From: Acidimicrobiia bacterium
GTDB lineage: Bacteria; Actinomycetota; Acidimicrobiia; Spongiisociales; ZC4RG35
Assembly: GCA_046484325.1 (NCBI GenBank)
Contig: JAWOJB010000063.1
Coordinates: 874 to 64,873, forward strand
Direction of reading: 5' to 3'
DNA length: 64,000 nt
Below the pieces are notes generated by a model. The model was given only the letters and a program-made list of their open reading frames with translations. It did not search any database and was not told the origin of the DNA. Of this stretch, positions 58,967 through 64,000 are shown piece after piece (the stretch's first letter is position 1; each line of letters opens with the position of its first letter). The translations under genes were made by a program, and so were the position numbers.

Positions 58967-59040
58967 AGCTGGCGGTGGGACTCGAACCCACGACCTGCTG
59001 ATTACAAATCAGCTGCTCTGGCCATCTGAGCTACGCCAGC
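58967..59040 (-). tRNA. tRNA-Thr (anticodon TGT)
   Basis: The reverse complement is GCTGGCG-TA-GCTCAGATGGCCAGAGC-A-GCTGA-TTTGTAA-TCAGC-AGGTC-GTGGG-TTCGAGT-CCCAC-CGCCAGC-T. CCA is not encoded. Confidence 0.9.
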
Positions 59041-59053
59041 GACGGTGCCGACG

Positions 59054-59779
59054 TTAGACCCGGTGCCGGACCCGCATCACCTCGAAACATCCGAGGGCGG
59101 CCGCTACCGAGGCGTTGAGACTCTCCGCCCCGGGGGCCATCGGGATCGCCGCCAGCACGTCGACCCGCTCGCGAACCAGGCGGTGGAGCCCGGCCTCCGC
59201 ACCGACCACGAGTACCACCGGCTCGGCCAACAGGTCGAGATCGAAGATGCTGCGATCGCCGCCACCGTCGAGCCCGACGCTCCACACCCCCATCTCGCCG
59301 AGCCGGGCCAGCGCGGCCGGCATGGACGTGACCTGGGCGACGCGGAGTCGCTCGAAGGCCCCGGCCGCGGCCTTGAACGCCGCCCCCCGCAGGGCGGCGC
59401 TGCGACGATCGGGCAGGATGAGGCCGGTGACACCGGCGGCGAGCGCGCTGCGGGCGATGGCGCCGGCGTTGTGCGGGTCCTCGACGTGGTCGACCGCCAG
59501 CAGCGCGGCAGGCGCCGGGTCGGCGAGGTCCTCGAGCTCGACGAACCGGAGTGGATGACACGTGGCCACCACACCCTGGGGAGCCGTGGTATCGGCGAGA
59601 GGGCGCACGTCGTCGACGATCTCCACGGGGACCTCGGGATGAGCCTGGAGGATCTCCGACAGCGGCGGGCGGCCCGCCCGTGACCCCTCGACGGTCAGCC
59701 TCGCCACCCGCCCCGCCACGAGGGCGGCGGCGACGGCATGGAGCCCCTCGACCCTATCGCCGAAGCCAGCGGGGGCCAT
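59054..59779 (-). CDS. TrmH/SpoU-family RNA 2'-O-methyltransferase (RlmB-like)
   Basis: Trimmed to ATG 59779, which overlaps the cysS 3' end by 26 nt. Contains DHVEDPHNAGAIARSA and a C-terminal ESLNASVAAA. Confidence 0.8.
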   Translation of the reverse strand: MAPAGFGDRVEGLHAVAAALVAGRVARLTVEGSRAGRPPLSEILQAHPEVPVEIVDDVRPLADTTAPQGVVATCHPLRFVELEDLADPAPAALLAVDHVEDPHNAGAIARSALAAGVTGLILPDRRSAALRGAAFKAAAGAFERLRVAQVTSMPAALARLGEMGVWSVGLDGGGDRSIFDLDLLAEPVVLVVGAEAGLHRLVRERVDVLAAIPMAPGAESLNASVAAALGCFEVMRVRHRV

Positions 59780-61190
59780 CGGCCGTGTCCTCGACGACGA
59801 TTCCCACCGCCCCCAGGCGTTCGCGGACGAGATCGGCGGTGGGCCAGTCGCGAGCCGCCCGGGCATTCGTGCGCGCCTCCAGTACCCGTGCCATCACCAG
59901 CTCCGGTCCCCCGTCGGTCGCCAGCCCGAGGTCGGCAGCGAGCGCACCGAGCGGTCCGGCGAGGTCGTCGAGCGAGACGGGTGGCGCCGCCTGGGAGTCG
60001 AGTCCCAGCACCGACACCAGTTCGTGCACGGCCGCCACCAACCCGGGGGCGTCGCGGCCCTCGTCGAGTGCCCGGTTGGCGTCCCGGAGGGCGTCGAACA
60101 GCACGCCAACGGCCTCGGGCGTCGCGAAGTCACGATCCATGTGCGAGCGGAAACGGTCGAGGACCTCGAGGTCCGGCTCGCCCGACGGGCGGCCCGACCG
60201 CTCGAGAAACCGGGCGATCCGCTCGTGGGCGGCGGCGGCGTCGACCAGCAGGGTCTCCCCGAACTCGAGGGGTGAGCGGTAGTGGGCTCGGAGGTAGAAG
60301 AGCCGGACGGCCATACCGCCGAACCGGGCGATCGCCTCGTGGAGGTCGACGAGGTGGCCGGTCGACTTCGACATCTTCTCCCCACCGAGGTTGACCATCC
60401 CGTTGTGTAACCAGTAACGGGCAAACGTCCCACCCGAGGCCGCCTCGGATTGGGCAATCTCGTTCTCGTGGTGGGGGAAGATGAGGTCGGTCCCGCCTCC
60501 GTGGATGTCGAATCCGTCACCAAGGTAACGCGTGGCCATGGCCGAGCACTCGATGTGCCAGCCCGGCCGTCCCGGGCCCCACGGGGAGTCCCAAGTCGGC
60601 TCACCGGGCTTGGCCGCCTTCCAGAGGGCGAAGTCGAGGGGACCGTGCTTCACATCCGACACCTCGACCCTGGCACCCGCCCGCAGCTCGTCCACCCGGT
60701 GACCCGAAAGCCTGCCGTAGCGCTCGAAGGTTCGCACCGAGAAGTAGACGTCTCCGTCTCCGGCCGGGTAGGCGAGGCCCCGGTCGACGAGGCGTCCGAT
60801 CAGCTCGAGCATCTCCGGGATGTGCTCGGTGGCCTTGGGCTCGACGTCGGGTTCGAGCACCCCGAGGCCCCGGAACGCCTCGGCGAACGACACCGCCGTG
60901 CGACGGGCCAGGTCCTCCGCCGAGATCCCCTCCTCGGCCGCGGCGGCGATGATCTTGTCCTCCACGTCGGTCACGTTGCGGACGAAGGTGACGTCGAACC
61001 CCCGCCAGGCCAGATATCGCCGGATCACGTCGAAAGCGACCGCCGACCGGCCGTGGCCCACGTGTGGCTCGGACTGGACGGTCGGGCCGCACACGTAGAT
61101 CGAGATCTCTCCTTCCCGCCGGGGCTCGAGCACCTCGAATCGCCGCCCGAGGGTGTTGTACAGCGTGATCTCGGCCGGCCCCGTGCTCAT
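59754..61190 (-). CDS. cysS: cysteine--tRNA ligase
   Basis: Trimmed to ATG 61190 (ATGA overlap with the ispF stop). Contains [18 protein letters not shown] (HIGH) and KMSKS. Confidence 0.95.
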   Translation of the reverse strand: MSTGPAEITLYNTLGRRFEVLEPRREGEISIYVCGPTVQSEPHVGHGRSAVAFDVIRRYLAWRGFDVTFVRNVTDVEDKIIAAAAEEGISAEDLARRTAVSFAEAFRGLGVLEPDVEPKATEHIPEMLELIGRLVDRGLAYPAGDGDVYFSVRTFERYGRLSGHRVDELRAGARVEVSDVKHGPLDFALWKAAKPGEPTWDSPWGPGRPGWHIECSAMATRYLGDGFDIHGGGTDLIFPHHENEIAQSEAASGGTFARYWLHNGMVNLGGEKMSKSTGHLVDLHEAIARFGGMAVRLFYLRAHYRSPLEFGETLLVDAAAAHERIARFLERSGRPSGEPDLEVLDRFRSHMDRDFATPEAVGVLFDALRDANRALDEGRDAPGLVAAVHELVSVLGLDSQAAPPVSLDDLAGPLGALAADLGLATDGGPELVMARVLEARTNARAARDWPTADLVRERLGAVGIVVEDTADGPRWLRR

Positions 61191-61681
61191 GGCCGTGCAT
61201 CGTACGGGGCGGCCTCGGCACTGACGATCGCCAGCGCCGCCACCCCTTCGCCGCGACCGGTGAACCCCAGTCCGTCGGTGGAGGTGGCCTTCACCGAAAC
61301 GAGCGCCGGGTCGAGGCCGAGGGCGGCGGCGATGCCCTCGGCGATCTCCCGCCGATGAGGGGCCACCCGGACCGTCTCGGCCACGATGGTGAGATCGACG
61401 AAGACCACCTGGACCCACGAGGCGGCCATCTCGCCGGCGGTGCGCAACATGCCGATCGATGATGCGCCGTGCCAGAGCGGATCGGACGAGGGGAAGTGCT
61501 CGCCGAGGTCGCCCAGCCCGGCGACGCCGAGCAGGGCGTCGATCACGGCATGGGCTGCGACGTCGCCATCCGAGGTGGCGACGACACCCCGGTGCTCGTC
61601 CACCACCACTCCGCCCAGGACGAGGGGAGGATCACCCCCCAGTCGGTGGGCGTCGAAACCGGTGGCCGAGCGGAAGGTCAC
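61187..61681 (-). CDS. ispF: 2-C-methyl-D-erythritol 2,4-cyclodiphosphate synthase
   Basis: Trimmed to GTG 61681 (VTFRSATGFDAHRL). Contains SDGDVAAHAVIDALLG and KATSTDGLGFTGRGEG. Confidence 0.9.
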   Translation of the reverse strand: MTFRSATGFDAHRLGGDPPLVLGGVVVDEHRGVVATSDGDVAAHAVIDALLGVAGLGDLGEHFPSSDPLWHGASSIGMLRTAGEMAASWVQVVFVDLTIVAETVRVAPHRREIAEGIAAALGLDPALVSVKATSTDGLGFTGRGEGVAALAIVSAEAAPYDARP

Positions 61682-61706
61682 GTCCGGGCGGTGATGCCGT
61701 CGAGGC

Positions 61707-62261
61707 TCACGCCTCGGCCGGCTCGAAGGTGGGGAGCGCTCGATCCAACCGCTTGGTCGCCTCGTCGTCGTCGACATCCAGGGAGAAGCTGAGCTCGGAC
61801 GTGAGCGTCAGCCTGGCCTTCGACAGCATCCGCTTGAGGGCCGGCGAGATCCCCTTCGTCTGCTGGGCAAAATTGAGATCGCGGACCACCTCGGCCACCT
61901 GGTAGATGTCGCCGGAGGTCATCTTCTCGTTGAGGACCTTGTACCAGCGGCTCCAGTTGGCGCCTGCCTCCTGTGGCTCATCCTTGAGCACCGCCAGCAC
62001 CTTGCGGGCGGCGGTCTTGGAGATGATCGGGCGGATCACCTCGTCGATGCGGTCGACCGGCACCATCACGGTGAGCTGCTCGGTGGCGATGTCGAGGACG
62101 AAGTAATCCTTCTTCTCGCCACCTACCTCGTGCTTCATCTTCTTCACGATGGTCGCCGCGCCGTGCTGGGGGTGCACCACCTTGTCGCCCACGCCGTACT
62201 TCGAGGTGGCCTTCTTCGAGGTCTTGGCGGGCACGGCGGCATCGGGCTTCTTGGTGGCCAT
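61707..62261 (-). CDS. carD: CarD-family RNA polymerase-binding transcription regulator
   Basis: 184 aa with YGVGDKVVHPQHGAATIV, NWSRWYK and GISPALKRML. Confidence 0.92.
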   Translation of the reverse strand: MATKKPDAAVPAKTSKKATSKYGVGDKVVHPQHGAATIVKKMKHEVGGEKKDYFVLDIATEQLTVMVPVDRIDEVIRPIISKTAARKVLAVLKDEPQEAGANWSRWYKVLNEKMTSGDIYQVAEVVRDLNFAQQTKGISPALKRMLSKARLTLTSELSFSLDVDDDEATKRLDRALPTFEPAEA

Positions 62262-62289
62262 AGGAGGGCGCCAGTGTACCCGAGCCGGT

Positions 62290-63357
62290 TCAGACCGAAC
62301 CCGGCGCCCACTCCTCCGCCGACGACCGCAACCGATCGAAGAAGTGGCGGAGCTGCCCGGCCCGGGCCGCGCCGACGCCTTCCACCCGTTCGAGCTCGGC
62401 CGGCGATGCCGCCATCAGCCTTGGCACCGAGGAGAAGTGGCGAACGAGCTCCTCCCGGACGGACTCCGGCAGCCGGGGCACCGAGGCGAGGATCCGGTAG
62501 CCCCTGGCCGGGGCGGCCTCGTCGAGCCCGGGGAACCCGAGGGTCTCGCCGACGCGGTCGGGGTCGTCGAGCTCGGGATCGGACAGCGCCTCGAGACGCT
62601 CGACGGCCCCGTCGATCTTCGAGCGGCGCCGGGGACGAAGGTGGTCGTCGAGCGTGGCCACCCGGAGTTGCTCGACGCCGCGAACCAGGTCGGCGAGCTG
62701 CACCCGCGCCAGCCGTCCCTCGTCACCCTGGGCGACCACCTCCAGCTCGATGGAGAGCCCGATCCGGCGCACGACCTCGGCGCGCTGCATCACCCGCACG
62801 ACGTCGTGGTACGAGGCGAGGTCGGCCACCTCCTGGCGGGACAGGTGGGCTTCGGCCTCGTCCAGACGGCGCCGGAACCGGTCGAGGGTCTGGAGCTCCT
62901 GATTCACCCGCGCCCGAAGGGCGGTGGGGCTGGCCAGCTCGATCTTCTGGCCGCCATAGAAGAGGGTGGCCACCTTGCGGCCCTCGCTGACGGCCACCAC
63001 CGGCCGTCTCGTCTGGATGGCCATGCGCTCGGCCGTCCGGTACCGGGCCCCGGTCTCGTCGGTGTGGATCTCGTGGGAGGGGACGAAGTGCACGTTGGCG
63101 GCCACGATCGACTCGCCGTCCTCGTCCAGGATGATCCCCCCGTCCATCTTGGCGAGCTCGGCGAGACGGGCCGGGGTGAACGAGGTCCGCTTCAGCCAGA
63201 ATCCGCCGGTCGAGACCTCCTCGACCTCTGGCCCCACCCCGAGCACGACGAGCGCGCCCGAGTCCTGCTGGAGGATGCGTTCCAGACCCTGGCGAAGGAG
63301 GGTGCCGGGTGCGAGTCGCTCAAGCGTCGAGGTGGTGGATGGAGCGGCTCCTGCCAC
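62290..63357 (-). CDS. disA: DNA integrity scanning protein DisA (diadenylate cyclase)
   Basis: 355 aa. DAC domain (GALVVLG, DGGIILD, GARYRTAERM), helical linker, and a C-terminal HhH (LERVEGVGAARA). Confidence 0.92.
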   Translation of the reverse strand: MAGAAPSTTSTLERLAPGTLLRQGLERILQQDSGALVVLGVGPEVEEVSTGGFWLKRTSFTPARLAELAKMDGGIILDEDGESIVAANVHFVPSHEIHTDETGARYRTAERMAIQTRRPVVAVSEGRKVATLFYGGQKIELASPTALRARVNQELQTLDRFRRRLDEAEAHLSRQEVADLASYHDVVRVMQRAEVVRRIGLSIELEVVAQGDEGRLARVQLADLVRGVEQLRVATLDDHLRPRRRSKIDGAVERLEALSDPELDDPDRVGETLGFPGLDEAAPARGYRILASVPRLPESVREELVRHFSSVPRLMAASPAELERVEGVGAARAGQLRHFFDRLRSSAEEWAPGSV

Positions 63358-63394
63358 GAGCCGAGGCTATCAGGTCTGGCCGCAAGCGAGCCGG

Positions 63395-64000
63395 TCAGAG
63401 GCCCCACCGCGACAACACCTCATCCAGACGCAGCCTGCTCCCCGGCTCGGGGGCGGCCGTGCGGGCCAGGCCGACCCGTTCGGCCTCCTCTCGACGGCGG
63501 GCATCGTGGGGGACCGCCCGCACCTCTCCGGCCAGCCCCACCTCGCCCCAGGCGGCAGTGGATCCGAGGGGGCGGTCCACGGCGGACGAGGCCACCGCCA
63601 TGGCCACGGCGAGATCGGCTGCCGGCTCGTCCACCCGCCAGCCTCCCACGACGTTCACGTAGACCTCCCGATCGGCCAGCGACAGGCCGGCGTGGCGCTG
63701 GAGCACGGCCAGTACCTGGTGCACGCGCCCCGGATCGAGCCCCCGGACCGAGCGACGCGGCTGGGCGAGCGGCGAGGGCGACACGAGCGCCTGGATCTCG
63801 ACGAGGATCGACCGGCGACCGTCGACGGCCGGGAAGGCCACCGTGCCGGCGACGTCGTGCTCCCACGCGGCCAGGAACGCCTCGGAGGGGTCGGCGACCT
63901 CGACCAGCCCCGAGCCGCGCATGTCGAAGATCCCGGCGACGTGGGTGGGCCCGAACCGGTTCTTGAGGCCCCGCAGCACCCGGAACCCGCGATCGGGGTC
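63395..64000 (-). CDS. radA: DNA repair protein RadA/Sms, C-terminal part (5' end beyond window)
   Basis: KNRFGPT, then the Lon-like domain VNVVGGWRVDEPAADLAVAMAVASS..GEVGLAGEVR. The frame stays open to base 64000. Confidence 0.9.
   Translation of the reverse strand, partial: DPDRGFRVLRGLKNRFGPTHVAGIFDMRGSGLVEVADPSEAFLAAWEHDVAGTVAFPAVDGRRSILVEIQALVSPSPLAQPRRSVRGLDPGRVHQVLAVLQRHAGLSLADREVYVNVVGGWRVDEPAADLAVAMAVASSAVDRPLGSTAAWGEVGLAGEVRAVPHDARRREEAERVGLARTAAPEPGSRLRLDEVLSRWGL

Noticed and set aside
61682-61777. N-terminal extension of the ispF ORF as a possible ispD remnant or IspDF fusion
   Set aside because: It is only 32 Arg/Pro-rich codons, it overlaps the carD 3' end, and it has no IspD motif.
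62149-63966. 605-aa plus-strand ORF opposite disA and radA
   Set aside because: It is a shadow ORF antisense to two highly conserved genes.

Overview
This is a very GC-rich window with an actinobacterial gene set: carD, disA-radA, bpa, an Mca-like amidase, a SARP regulator, WS/DGAT, and an F1Fo operon preceded by atpI and an AtpZ-like gene. I call about 60 protein genes, 2 tRNAs (Arg-CCT, Thr-TGT), 3 gene remnants and two families of structured intergenic repeats. All homology calls come from reading motifs in the translated ORFs; no database search was run. Most of the window is core chromosome. It holds a sugar-acid catabolic cluster (1-7.5 kb), moaA, an ABC-F ATPase, the complete atp operon (15.4-22.5 kb), glyA, an MsiK-like ATPase, a ClC channel, several MFS/EamA/CaCA/GltS transporters, and the conserved rlmB-cysS-ispF-carD-disA-radA block (59-64 kb). 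The unusual content is as follows. (1) A structured repeat family I cannot assign to any known family. It has a 12-nt head (GGTCCCCCTACC), a variable GC hairpin, a CCCCCAC-nnn-GTGGGGG hairpin and a tail. It occurs as a 74-bp tandem array at 14.47-14.76 kb, as a 172-bp inverted composite with terminal inverted repeats and a possible 5-bp target duplication at 35.1-35.28 kb, and as a degenerate copy at 48.85-48.92 kb. Stem sequences differ between copies but stay paired. (2) A second conserved palindrome (13-bp arms, 21-nt spacer) is present at 23.28 kb and 58.67 kb. (3) A 4.7-kb accessory patch lies between gltS and tRNA-Arg. It holds a nucleotide cyclase-STAND NTPase-TPR protein, a decayed zinc-ribbon/cyclase paralogue, a truncated DUF222 gene and a small membrane protein with an internal 53-aa duplication. 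(4) There are several uncommon domain fusions (OsmC-GNAT, CvpA-CAP, NYN-LOTUS coupled to amino-acid oxidation genes). I saw no CRISPR array, rRNA, intact transposase, integrase or prophage. Many long track ORFs are antisense shadow ORFs typical of high-GC DNA and were rejected.
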